A program made the position numbers and the translations under genes. 64,000 bases of DNA. Source: a virus. The notes below the pieces were generated by a model. That model worked only from the letters and a program-made list of their open reading frames with translations, did no database searches and had not been told where the DNA came from. The DNA is taken from positions 40,247 through 104,246 of IMG/VR virus record IMGVR_UViG_3300047476_000577. One strand, 5' to 3'. Of the stretch, positions 51,007-59,788 are shown in pieces. The first letter of the stretch is position 1; each line of letters opens with the position of its first letter.

Positions 51007-51234
51007 TTAACGACGTTTACGCCAAGTGTAATCACTACCGTCAGGTAGCTTTCCATTAGTAACTGCATCAACACCGGGCTTTCCAATGCTGTTAGGATTT
51101 TCACTTACCATTGTGACAAAAGTTTTACCTGCTGTTCGCAGTTCTTGACACCAGTTAAGTGCTTCCGTTAAGTTGCTAAAGTCACTTGTATAAGGTTCGT
51201 TATTGTACTGGTTAGTCCAATAAACTTTATACAT
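51007..51234 (-). CDS. Small conserved phage protein
   Basis: FVTMVSENPNSIGKPGVDAV..GKLPDG..YTWRKRR. Confidence 0.7.
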   Translation of the reverse strand: MYKVYWTNQYNNEPYTSDFSNLTEALNWCQELRTAGKTFVTMVSENPNSIGKPGVDAVTNGKLPDGSDYTWRKRR

Positions 51235-52230
51235 AGTACTCTTTCAAAAATAAATTAAAGGTTGGATTAGCAGATTGCAGCCTGTTGCACCAACTTGCTT
51301 ACTCGCCATCCTGAGGCAGAATGTTTTGCAGCGTCTACCTGCTAACACCTATAAGCAACTCCCGCTAGACCTCCGAAGGAGTTTCAGTTCATACCTGAAT
51401 GCTTTAAACTTGTTAAACCATTGTAAAACATACTAGCGGGCATATCTAGGTTGCCGCTTATCGCACATCCGTCCTAGTACTGACAGTAGGCTAGTATGCT
51501 TTAAAATGATTTGTTTAGTGGGCTGTCGCTCACGTTCTCTTACTCTTCAACAGCGTGACCACATCGTACAGTACCGAAGAACGATCCGTCTGTACTAGGC
51601 TCCCTCGCTAAAGGCATCACTAAACAAAAACTTACTATTCTAAAACACACTAGCAAGCATCGCCGATGTATTTCTACACCTCCTAGTCTGTGCTGTCAAA
51701 CTATAACCTTCCCGGGTGTTATAGAGTCTCTTCTCTAGAGTGTTTTAGAATAGTGTCCAGTAGTTAGCGTTTCAACACAACCGCTTACAACCTTCAAGGT
51801 GATCAAATCCTATCCAATCGTTCTTTGCTCTTGTAATACTTTTGTCTTTATCTAGCGTCCGGAGCACCGGATAGTGAGTAGCACCGATAAAAACTTGATT
51901 ACAGTCGCTTCGCGGCGAGTATCCAACTTTTGCTCACACGATGCTGGACGCACCGTATAGTATATCCGCAAACATACTATTCTGAAACACACTGTAGCTG
52001 GACTTTCACCAATCTTATCAGTATACAAATCTTACCAATGTGTTTTAGAATAGTGGCTATCGGAGGCTTGCCATCGCCCTTAGGTTATACCGATATTACT
52101 TGTTGTCGCTTATGCTTTCGCATTGTCTGGGAGACTCAACAAGACCTTCTTCCACTCCCACGCTTCGTCTGTAACGCATCATTCGAAAGGATCCAGTCAT
52201 CTCTACTCGTTACAGAAACTGGTTACATTA

Positions 52231-52307
52231 TGGAGGTCGGGGTAGGATTTCAACCTACGAATCATCCGGGTTGCAACCGGAGCCATTAAGCACTCTGGTA
52301 CCCGACC
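52231..52307 (-). tRNA. tRNA-Cys(GCA)
   Basis: U73, CCA; variant T-loop TTGAAAT. Confidence 0.85.
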
Positions 52308-52313
52308 ATAATA

Positions 52314-52390
52314 TGGCGCACCGTAGGGGACTCGAACCCCTGGCCTTCTGCGTGACAGGCAGACGATCTAACCAACTGATCTAACGGTGC
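52314..52390 (-). tRNA. tRNA-Asp(GUC)
   Basis: Cloverleaf, CCA. Confidence 0.93.
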
Positions 52391-52455
52391 AAAATAAAAA
52401 GCCCTGAGTTACTGCAAACAGGCTGGACCTGAGTGGCTCGCTTTCGGGCGGATGT

Positions 52456-52830
52456 TTATCGCACACTTTGCGCTCTTGCTGTAATTACGCCTTCCATATC
52501 ATTCTTTACAATAACGTTTTGATAAGTGTCTACAAAACCACTTGCGTGGTCAACTACTCTGTTATCGCATTCGTGATAGGTTCTAATGCGTTCATTACCT
52601 GCCAAGTAACGCTCAGTGTCTTTGTGGTAAAAATTGTGAACTCTAGACAAGCAAGTGATATAAGCACTGCGCTTATTATCTTCTCTACTACGACTGTTAG
52701 TTCCGTTAGCAGTTATCCCGGTAGGCTCGTGTATGCAACGGCAACAGTTTTGATGTTTGTTGCGATGTTGCCCACCTTTGCCAGTACCTGAAAACCACTC
52801 GTATCTAAACTGATCTTCGGTAATTTTCAT
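52456..52830 (-). CDS. Stand-alone GGQ peptidyl-tRNA hydrolase domain (class I release-factor-like)
   Basis: SGTGKGGQHRNK, HEPTGI, RSREDNK, ERIRTY..RVVDH; no stop-codon recognition domain. Confidence 0.85.
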   Translation of the reverse strand: MKITEDQFRYEWFSGTGKGGQHRNKHQNCCRCIHEPTGITANGTNSRSREDNKRSAYITCLSRVHNFYHKDTERYLAGNERIRTYHECDNRVVDHASGFVDTYQNVIVKNDMEGVITARAQSVR

Positions 52831-52844
52831 AACTGCCTTTATGT

Positions 52845-52919
52845 TGGTACTCGGTAGGGGAATCGAACCCCTCTTCCATCCGTGAAAGGGATGTGTCCTA
52901 GCCGATAGACGAACCGAGC
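52845..52919 (-). tRNA. tRNA-Glu(UUC)
   Basis: Cloverleaf, CCA. Confidence 0.93.
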
Positions 52920-52932
52920 AAGGTTAAATTGT

Positions 52933-53016
52933 TGGTGCCCCAGGGGAGACTCGAACTCCCACGGCTCTCGCCAGTGGCTTCTAAGACCACCGTGTCTACC
53001 ATTCCACCACCAGGGC
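52933..53016 (-). tRNA. tRNA-Leu(UAG)
   Basis: Long variable arm, CCA. Confidence 0.93.
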
Positions 53017-53017
53017 A

Positions 53018-53653
53018 TTATTTGTTGTGTGCTTTATTTAGCACAAGATCTAAAAATTCTTTACTAACAGGCTTATGATATTGAAACCATATGTGATACC
53101 TAAATTTACCAAACGGTATGCGTACACTGTGTTCTGTTTGTGCTACTTCAACTAGTGCTGGTATACCATTTGCTGGTTGATTTATTTTATATTCACCTGT
53201 TGCATTTTTAAAGTACCAATCTACGTCATATGCAGAGTTTAAGGCAATGTGTACTCTGTAAGGAGTATGAGGATCTGTGTGATATGACAAATCTACTGCC
53301 TTAAACTCTGCACTACCGCCTATAAATTTTGATATTCGAACACGTGGCTTATCTAAGCCTATGTAACTGCTAATTTTTTCTTCTACTGTGCGTATATAAG
53401 AAGATTCTAAACACTTAGGATAATACACTAAATCTGTATCGGCTTCTCCAGTAGGGAAGCGCCTAACTCCATATTCATCTAGTTTTGTAATAGACCTGTA
53501 TTGACTAAAATCGCATACATCTTTTTTTGATTCTGTTAGCGTAGTTGTTATTGCAGTTCCTCCCATAGGGGGTTTAACAATAACTTCTAATTCATTGCGT
53601 ATACGATCAATGTCAAATTTCAAGTCTACTAATGGTATGTAAAAATCGTACAT
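53018..53653 (-). CDS. 2OG-Fe(II) oxygenase-like protein
   Basis: YHTD, RVHIAL, HSV, RYHIW. Confidence 0.65.
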   Translation of the reverse strand: MYDFYIPLVDLKFDIDRIRNELEVIVKPPMGGTAITTTLTESKKDVCDFSQYRSITKLDEYGVRRFPTGEADTDLVYYPKCLESSYIRTVEEKISSYIGLDKPRVRISKFIGGSAEFKAVDLSYHTDPHTPYRVHIALNSAYDVDWYFKNATGEYKINQPANGIPALVEVAQTEHSVRIPFGKFRYHIWFQYHKPVSKEFLDLVLNKAHNK

Positions 53654-53663
53654 ACATTATTTA

Positions 53664-53738
53664 TGGTACCACTAGTAGGAATCGAACCTACATCTAAGAC
53701 TTAGGAGGTCCTTGTTCTATCCATTGAACTATAGCGGC
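53664..53738 (-). tRNA. tRNA-Arg(CCU)
   Basis: Cloverleaf, CCA. Confidence 0.9.
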
Positions 53739-53757
53739 AGCAAAGTTAAATACACTA

Positions 53758-54891
53758 ATGAATACAGATGACTTAATCAACAGCAAAAAATGTAGCATAC
53801 CTTGGTTGCATACTGAAATAAATTTACAGAACAACAGTGTTATGCCTTGCTGTAAGTACACAAAATCTATCGGTACTCCCGACAACTTTATTCAAGTATG
53901 GAGTAACGACCATTATAAAAAGCTAAGAGCAGATACTGCTCAAGGCAAGTTACACGCAGGTTGTGTTAAGTGCTATGTACCATCTAACGAATTTTCGTAT
54001 AAAGACTTAAAAAATCTTGCATACAAAAATAAATTAGTAGCTGACGTAGATAGCTTTAAATTCCCTCAGGCCTTCTGTATAAGTTTAACAAATACGTGCA
54101 CTCTAGCTTGCAGGATGTGTCATCCTAACTCAAGTTCTAAACTAGCAGAACTATCCAATAAAAGCGCCTTCTTAAAGCCTTTTTATAATCAAAATGCTAT
54201 GCAAAATACCTTTAACTTATCAAAGCTAAAAGGAGCGTTTGTTGATGCAAGACGTATTACTATTACAGGCGGCGAACCTTTAATTGATTCTACTTGCAGT
54301 GACTTAATTGCGTTAGTAGCAACCGAATCTCCACACTTAGAGGAAGTAATATTTTCAAGTAGTCTTGTAACTTACAACAAGAAGTTAATCGAACAACTAC
54401 GACAACTATCTGCCAAAGTAAGAATAAACATAAGCATAGACGGGCCAATTAACGTACACGAATACATACGTGTTGGATTCGATTGGCAACGTATGCTAGA
54501 AAACATACACAGTCTTAAAGACTTTGTAGAGTTTGGAATCAACTCTACTGTTAGTTTACTAAACGTAGGTTATATTCCAGAACTGCTAGATGCTATAAAG
54601 AATATTAGCAACGAGACTGGAATAACACTAAAGTATCTAATGACTAGCCCTGTGTTAGAAAAACATCTGCACGTAGGCAATTTACCGACACACATCAAAC
54701 AACAATATTTGAAAAAGCTAGAGCTAGCAAGTCCTAGTATACCCGGTAGCGATAAACTAATTGCCACGGCTAAGAATTTACTAGCACTTGAAAGAAACGA
54801 GTTAGAATTGACTAAACAATTTTTAGCCGAATTCGATAGTATTACAAATACAGATTACAGGCTTGTGTATCCAGAATTTGCAAACTTGTAA
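53758..54891 (+). CDS. Radical SAM protein with N-terminal SPASM/Twitch-like domain
   Basis: CSIPW..PCC..CVKC, then CTLACRMC, TGGEP, SIDG. Confidence 0.88.
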   Translation: MNTDDLINSKKCSIPWLHTEINLQNNSVMPCCKYTKSIGTPDNFIQVWSNDHYKKLRADTAQGKLHAGCVKCYVPSNEFSYKDLKNLAYKNKLVADVDSFKFPQAFCISLTNTCTLACRMCHPNSSSKLAELSNKSAFLKPFYNQNAMQNTFNLSKLKGAFVDARRITITGGEPLIDSTCSDLIALVATESPHLEEVIFSSSLVTYNKKLIEQLRQLSAKVRINISIDGPINVHEYIRVGFDWQRMLENIHSLKDFVEFGINSTVSLLNVGYIPELLDAIKNISNETGITLKYLMTSPVLEKHLHVGNLPTHIKQQYLKKLELASPSIPGSDKLIATAKNLLALERNELELTKQFLAEFDSITNTDYRLVYPEFANL

Positions 54892-54892
54892 T

Positions 54893-54967
54893 TGGTCCGG
54901 CGTAGTGGAATCGAACCACTATAATCACTTTAGAAGAATGATGTCCTATCCGTTGAACGAACGCCAG
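54893..54967 (-). tRNA. tRNA-Arg(UCU)
   Basis: Cloverleaf, CCA. Confidence 0.9.
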
Positions 54968-54975
54968 TAATTTTA

Positions 54976-55058
54976 AACAGGATAGTTGGTGCCATTTTTA
55001 TTTTAGTCTGACAGCGAACAGACAGCCATTATGTAGTAATTGCTGAACCTATCCTAAA
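54976..55058 (-). ncRNA. CAGCA-handle RNA 4
   Basis: GGATAG-GTTCAGCAA ... CTATCC-TG; cargo hairpin GTCTG/CAGAC. Confidence 0.75.
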
Positions 55059-55061
55059 AAC

Positions 55062-55137
55062 TGGAGCGGGTAGCGAGATTCGAACTCGTCTCTTGAGGTT
55101 TGGAAGACCGCCGTGCAACCGTAAACACTTTACCCGC
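55062..55137 (-). tRNA. tRNA-Gly(UCC)
   Basis: Cloverleaf, U73, CCA. Confidence 0.9.
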
Positions 55138-55150
55138 AAAATACATTGTC

Positions 55151-55225
55151 TGGTGGAGGATAGGAGATTCGAACTCCTGACTCAAGCGTGCAAGGCTAGT
55201 GTGTTCCCAACTATACCAATCCCCC
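55151..55225 (-). tRNA. tRNA-Ala(UGC)
   Basis: G3-U70, CCA. Confidence 0.9.
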
Positions 55226-55364
55226 GAAATCATCCAACTGTTACCTTATGCTCTCTCCGTTGGCGATTGAGCAGCCGACATTCTTAAAGTCTTCTCGGAA
55301 CTGACTAAAATATGTTAGACGACATTTCAGCTCTAATTGCTTGGTGTGGGACCTAACATAAACC

Positions 55365-55438
55365 TGGTGCCCCGAGAGAGAATCGAACTCCCGTCCTCGG
55401 ATTACAAAACCGATGTTCTACCATTTAACTACCGGGGC
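55365..55438 (-). tRNA. tRNA-Thr(UGU)
   Basis: Cloverleaf, CCA. Confidence 0.9.
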
Positions 55439-55443
55439 AAATT

Positions 55444-55519
55444 TGGTGCTGAATGTCGGATTCGAACTGACGACCTACCGCTTACAAGGCGGTTGCTCTA
55501 CCAACTGAGCTAATTCAGC
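55444..55519 (-). tRNA. tRNA-Thr(UGU)
   Basis: Cloverleaf, CCA. Confidence 0.95.
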
Positions 55520-55554
55520 ATTGACATTTTATTTATACATACACCAAAATAAAT

Positions 55555-56115
55555 ATGTATATGTTATACAAAAAACTATCATTCGAGCAGCTTCGCTTTA
55601 CAGAAGAAGATCGAATTTACTTTACTGATAAATTTAGTAATAGTTCTAATTCTATAGGATATGGAACTACTGTGCATAAGAGTAAAGTGAATAGTAGTTT
55701 TTTAAATTACATATATGACTTAATCCCTTATTGTAAAGATACCTTTATGATCATAAAAGGAATTAAAGATTCCGACGATATTAACATACCCGGACGTCAT
55801 ATTCATTCCGATGATCGATTATCTGCTATTAATATTCCTTTGATTAATTGCAAGGAAGGAGCAGACACTGTTTTCTATAAACCTGAAACTCTGAAGAATA
55901 TTAGTTTTCCTAATCCAACTAACTCTACTATTTTCTTAAAACAAGAAAATGTTCTGCCTTTAGAAATAGGAAGATTCACTTTAACAATGGACAGTGCATA
56001 TCTTCTAAATACTAGTATACCTCATTGCAAAATACAAACCTATAATGAATATAGGATGTTACTTAGTATTAGTATAGATTTATCGTTTCAAGAAGCAACT
56101 AATTACTTCGAGTAA
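55555..56115 (+). CDS. Cupin/2OG-Fe(II) oxygenase-like protein
   Basis: IHSD, AINIPL, TSIPH, RMLLSI. Confidence 0.7.
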   Translation: MYMLYKKLSFEQLRFTEEDRIYFTDKFSNSSNSIGYGTTVHKSKVNSSFLNYIYDLIPYCKDTFMIIKGIKDSDDINIPGRHIHSDDRLSAINIPLINCKEGADTVFYKPETLKNISFPNPTNSTIFLKQENVLPLEIGRFTLTMDSAYLLNTSIPHCKIQTYNEYRMLLSISIDLSFQEATNYFE

Positions 56116-56117
56116 GT

Positions 56118-56192
56118 TGGCTCCGGAGGCAGGGATCGAACCTACGACCAATTGATTAACAGTCAACTGCACTACCGCTGTGCTACTCCGGA
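56118..56192 (-). tRNA. tRNA-Asn(GUU)
   Basis: Cloverleaf, CCA. Confidence 0.93.
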
Positions 56193-56273
56193 ATATTTGT
56201 TCTGCTATGTTATCGGAAAAGGGCTTACATCGTATTGCTACAAATGCCTTTTACGTCACACGGCAGGGGTATG

Positions 56274-56348
56274 TGGTACCTGGACACGGTTTCGAACCGC
56301 GGACCCTCTCCGTGTAAAGGAGACGCTCTACCCCTGAGCTATCCAGGC
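56274..56348 (-). tRNA. tRNA-Val(UAC)
   Basis: Cloverleaf, CCA. Confidence 0.93.
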
Positions 56349-56356
56349 GACTTATT

Positions 56357-56446
56357 TGGCGGAGCGTTAGGGAGTCGAACCCTATCAGCTGCTTTCACAA
56401 CTGTACGGATTAGCAATCCGCTGCCTTACCGTCCGGCCCACGCTCC
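56357..56446 (-). tRNA. tRNA-Ser(GCU)
   Basis: Long variable arm, CCA. Confidence 0.92.
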
Positions 56447-56468
56447 TTGCTAATACTTTATTTATGTT

Positions 56469-56553
56469 TGGTGCTCCGACCCGGACTCGAACCGGGATGG
56501 CTTTCGCCGACAGATTTTAAGTCTGTTGTGTCTACCTATTCCACCATCGGAGC
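56469..56553 (-). tRNA. tRNA-Leu(UAA)
   Basis: Long variable arm, CCA. Confidence 0.93.
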
Positions 56554-56567
56554 GTAAACTTATTTAC

Positions 56568-56690
56568 AACTGGTTCGCATTTTTATCCTATCCATTAGAC
56601 GACAGTGGTGACCAACTCCACCGCTGGGATTCGAACCCAGATCTTCTTTGTTCAAAAAAGTTAAAATATAAATTGCTGAAACGAACCGAG
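56568..56690 (-). ncRNA. CAGCA-handle RNA 5: permuted tRNA (YrlA-like)
   Basis: GGTTCG/CGAACC handle; T-arm CTGGG-TTCGAAT-CCCAG, looped acceptor CGGTGG/CCACTG, D-arm. Confidence 0.8.
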
Positions 56691-56699
56691 GTCAAAAAC

Positions 56700-56760
56700 A
56701 ACAGGATGCTTATTTTTCAATTAACAGTTGAATTATTAAATTTGCTGAACGCATCCTAAA
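56700..56760 (-). ncRNA. CAGCA-handle RNA 6 with Asn-GUU anticodon stem-loop
   Basis: GGATGC/GCATCC handle; cargo TTCAA-CTGTTAA-TTGAA. Confidence 0.8.
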
Positions 56761-56763
56761 ACT

Positions 56764-56848
56764 TGGTGGAGCCGGTTGGACTTGAACCAACAATGCCAGG
56801 GGCGGCTGATTTACAGTCAGCTGGGGTTACCAATTTTCCTACAACTCC
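56764..56848 (-). tRNA. tRNA-Tyr(GUA)
   Basis: Cloverleaf with variable arm, CCA. Confidence 0.92.
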
Positions 56849-56855
56849 AAAACGT

Positions 56856-56997
56856 TGGTGTAGCGTTTGCGAATCGAACGCAAACAATCGCGGATTTCTC
56901 GCCAGGTAACGTTACCTCCTGGCACCGTGCGTTATTCTGAAGTAATTACTCTTCTCATTACACACGCCAACAACCGTGTAAGTCCATTACACGCCAC
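56856..56997 (-). ncRNA. 142-nt tRNA-like RNA with G3-U70 acceptor and CCA
   Basis: Acceptor GTGGCGT/ACGCTAC-A-CCA, T-arm TTGCG-TTCGATT-CGCAA; no canonical D or anticodon arm. Confidence 0.7.
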
Positions 56998-57401
56998 AAA
57001 ACTTTAGACTACTCGACCCGTTCATAACTGCGACCAAGCAGCCTGGGGACGGATGTTTCATCACGGTGGAATAACATTCTGCTGGTTAGGCGTCCTGCTT
57101 CTTCGACCTTTATATAAAAATACACTAGCCGACCCTGGGATTTTAACCCAGAATTCATATTAGTTTTGCACGAGTTTTACGCTCGGTCAACTAGTGTATC
57201 ACAAATGAAATAGTGTCACAGTGTTCTTGTTACGTTCCACCTAGGCTGAACAGCATTTGCAACTGAACGAACGGATATTCTGAGTACCCATTTTTAACAG
57301 CTATGATCCACCATATTGAAGTATACTACTTGCTATGCCGGCCACTATCACTTACCGCGGAGTTGTGCGCCTTCCAGCTCCTTATGCAATACACTTCAAT
57401 A

Positions 57402-57478
57402 TGGTGCCCCCAACTGGACTCGAACCAGTAACCTATCGATTATGAGTCGATTGCACTAACCAATTGTGCTATAGGGGC
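57402..57478 (-). tRNA. tRNA-Ile2(CAU)-like
   Basis: CAT anticodon; GCCCC acceptor resembles Ile2. Confidence 0.8.
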
Positions 57479-57697
57479 AACTGACTAAGTCATATAAAAA
57501 CACATATTAGCAATACTAACCGGCAACTCTTAGCCTCTTGCGATGATACCTCGCCTGCTTAACTTAGCCAGACTTTCAAACAAATATGCGTTTTTATATG
57601 ACTTCTTGCTACGTGTTGCTTCACAGCATTACGGACTGTTATCACCTTGCATCATTATCGTGCTTGGTGTTGTCTATGCAAGAACGTCATACTTTAC

Positions 57698-57712
57698 AAA
57701 TTGTTAAAGAAC
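57698..57712 (-). promoter_or_regulatory. boxA antitermination element
   Basis: GTTCTTTAACAATTT versus rrn boxA TGCTCTTTAACAATTT, downstream of a promoter and hairpin. Confidence 0.65.
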
Positions 57713-57748
57713 TTGTTAAGTTAGTTAATATTAACTAACTAAGCTTCT

Positions 57749-57777
57749 ATTGTAGCAAACAATGAATTTCTTGTCAA
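57749..57777 (-). promoter_or_regulatory. Sigma70 promoter (repeat copy 1)
   Basis: TTGACA-AGAAATTCATTGTTTGC-TACAAT. Confidence 0.8.
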
Positions 57778-57909
57778 CTACTTTAGAACTAGTTTGTTAA
57801 GATACGCACGTTACGAGCGTGTCGTCCCTTGTTGCGTTCTTTTTTGGCGCTACCCAACATTTCAGTTGGCGTCACTAAACAACAAAGTTTCTTAACTAAC
57901 TAAGCTTCT

Positions 57910-57938
57910 ATTATAGCAAACAATGAATTTCTTGTCTA
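57910..57938 (-). promoter_or_regulatory. Sigma70 promoter (repeat copy 2)
   Basis: TAGACA-AGAAATTCATTGTTTGC-TATAAT. Confidence 0.75.
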
Positions 57939-58132
57939 CCACATTACAGTGCATTTTAGGCTGACGCTTGTTAAACACTAGCCGGGATTCGAACCCGTAC
58001 TTTCCGCCACAAGGCGGCTGGTCTTCCGTTAACCTACTAGGACTCCTTAGCGGTGCGCTCGGCAAAGCGGTGCGCTGAGGGACAAGATACAGACCTTCTG
58101 ACGATTGCCGTCATCAGCCTAAAATGCACTGC

Positions 58133-58148
58133 AAATTTTTAAAGAACA
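58133..58148 (-). promoter_or_regulatory. boxA-like element
   Basis: TGTTCTTTAAAAATTT downstream of promoter copy 3. Confidence 0.6.
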
Positions 58149-58174
58149 TTCAGTTAATTTCTTAACTTGCCTCT

Positions 58175-58203
58175 ATTGTAGCAAACAATGAATTTACTGT
58201 CAA
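58175..58203 (-). promoter_or_regulatory. Sigma70 promoter (repeat copy 3)
   Basis: TTGACA-GTAAATTCATTGTTTGC-TACAAT. Confidence 0.8.
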
Positions 58204-58204
58204 A

Positions 58205-58636
58205 TCAGCAAAGCAATTCTTTAACAATTCTAGATGCTATAGCACCATCGTAAGTACCTTCGTACTTTTGTTTAAATTCTTTAAGCACTGCACCCATAGC
58301 TTTAGGGCCCGATACACCTAGTGTACTTACTAGGTCACTAGCAGCTACTCGGATGTCTTGTTCTGACATCTGTGCTGGTACAAAAGTCACGAGAACAGAG
58401 TTCTCCATCTGTAGTGTAGCTATGACTCCTGCGTCGGTTACTCTACTCAAAGTTTCTTCGTTGTTCTTGATGAACTTCTTAACTACAGCGATTGCTTCTG
58501 CATCTGTAGTGTCGCGATTCGCATTTTTACCTACCATTGCGACTTCTGATAAAAGAGTCACAAGTAGGCTAGCACTAGGGGCTTTGGCTTTCCTAGCTTC
58601 AACGCTTGCAGATTTAATAGTTTCTAAAATTGACAT
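58205..58636 (-). CDS. GatB/YqeY domain protein
   Basis: ARKAK, VVKKFIK, FVPAQMSEQDI, MGAVLK..K..G.YDG. Confidence 0.85.
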   Translation of the reverse strand: MSILETIKSASVEARKAKAPSASLLVTLLSEVAMVGKNANRDTTDAEAIAVVKKFIKNNEETLSRVTDAGVIATLQMENSVLVTFVPAQMSEQDIRVAASDLVSTLGVSGPKAMGAVLKEFKQKYEGTYDGAIASRIVKELLC

Positions 58637-58658
58637 ACTTGCTCTCTTTCTATATAAA

Positions 58659-58745
58659 TGGTATCCCGAGGGAGACTCGAACTCCCAGCTATTCGCTTAA
58701 CCTGTATACTCAATACAGTGACTCTACCAATTCGTCCACCGGGAC
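58659..58745 (-). tRNA. tRNA-Leu(GAG), unusual U37
   Basis: Loop TTGAGTA, long variable arm, CCA. Confidence 0.85.
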
Positions 58746-58751
58746 ATATAA

Positions 58752-58858
58752 AACAGGATGTTGTGTCTAAGCCGGGACTCGAACCCACGACACACCCCCA
58801 GCGGGCCGGCCTCCAGAAGGTTTGGTTGGAGAAAAATTGTTGCTGTAATCATCCTAAA
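58752..58858 (-). ncRNA. CAGCA-handle RNA 7 with T-arm cargo
   Basis: GGATG-ATTACAGCAA ... CATCC-TG; cargo GGG-TTCGAGT-CCC inside GTGTC/GACAC. Confidence 0.75.
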
Positions 58859-58861
58859 ATT

Positions 58862-58939
58862 TGGTGGACTGTAGCAGAGTCGAACTGCCGCCCGAATAGA
58901 GTTACTATCCGCTGTTAGCCATTTACACAGTCACAGCCC
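58862..58939 (-). ncRNA. Anticodon-less tRNA-like RNA with G3-U70 (tmRNA TLD-like)
   Basis: GGGCTGT/ACAGTCC-A-CCA; 7-bp stem with 5-nt loop in place of the anticodon arm. Confidence 0.7.
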
Positions 58940-58945
58940 ATATTG

Positions 58946-59020
58946 TGGCGCCCCGTGATGGAATCGAACCACCATCCCGACGTTCGTAGCATCGTATCCT
59001 ATCCATTGAACGAACGGGGC
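58946..59020 (-). tRNA. tRNA-Arg(ACG)
   Basis: Cloverleaf, CCA. Confidence 0.92.
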
Positions 59021-59225
59021 AAAAATTATGCAGTAGCTTTTTCTTTAACTTGTCGCAGTGCGTCTTTACGCATTAACAAAGTTCTATCGCTACCGTGACG
59101 GTGTACACGTAAGTACTCTACACCGTCTATATACTCTGGGCTACGCAAGTCTGCCTGCCAGCAGACAAATCGTTCCCTATTAAAAATGTTTTCAAAAGTT
59201 ACTGACTTCATTGTCTACTCCTATG

Positions 59226-59299
59226 TGGTGCTCTCGGGCAGAATCGAACTGCCGATACTGTCGTACCAAGACAGAGGTATACCACTTACCTACAAGAGC
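59226..59299 (-). tRNA. tRNA-Thr(GGU)
   Basis: Cloverleaf, CCA. Confidence 0.88.
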
Positions 59300-59300
59300 T

Positions 59301-59376
59301 TGGTAGTTCCTACTGGGATTGAACCAGTGACCTTCGCCGTGTCGGGGCGGCGCTCTACCGACTGAGCTAAGAAACT
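59301..59376 (-). tRNA. tRNA-Val(GAC), unusual C33
   Basis: Loop CCGACAC, CCA. Confidence 0.88.
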
Positions 59377-59383
59377 ATTACTA

Positions 59384-59740
59384 TTATCTCTTTTTATTGC
59401 CCCACGTAGGCGTTTGCCTGTGACAGTTAGGGCAAAGTAATCTCAAATTGCTAGGAAAGTTATTTGTATTGTTCCCATCAATGTGATCTAAATCTAACGA
59501 AATTTTTTCACCCAACCAGTTAGTTAACCCGCAACAACTACACTTGTAGCCGTCGCGTTCCGATACATATCTAATTAACAGTGGTAAACTAGTTTTTGTT
59601 AGTTTGCCTTCTTCTATTTGTAATTTCTTAATATGATTGTATCTGTATTCGTGCATACAGACTGGGCCGCAATATTTGTTACTTTTACTGTGCTGGAATA
59701 ACGATTCCTTTCTACAGTTAATACATTCATAAGTTTTCAT
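59384..59740 (-). CDS. HNH endonuclease
   Basis: CSCC, LDHIDGNNTNN..SNLRLLCPNCH. Confidence 0.92.
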   Translation of the reverse strand: MKTYECINCRKESLFQHSKSNKYCGPVCMHEYRYNHIKKLQIEEGKLTKTSLPLLIRYVSERDGYKCSCCGLTNWLGEKISLDLDHIDGNNTNNFPSNLRLLCPNCHRQTPTWGNKKR

Positions 59741-59788
59741 TGGTAGAATACTCCTTAAGAGTATTTATGCTCTACCGGGCATTATTTG

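Noticed and set aside
51634-52054. GTTTTAGA-containing repeats suggesting a type II CRISPR array
   Set aside because: They are inverted-repeat pairs at irregular spacing, not direct repeats with uniform spacers
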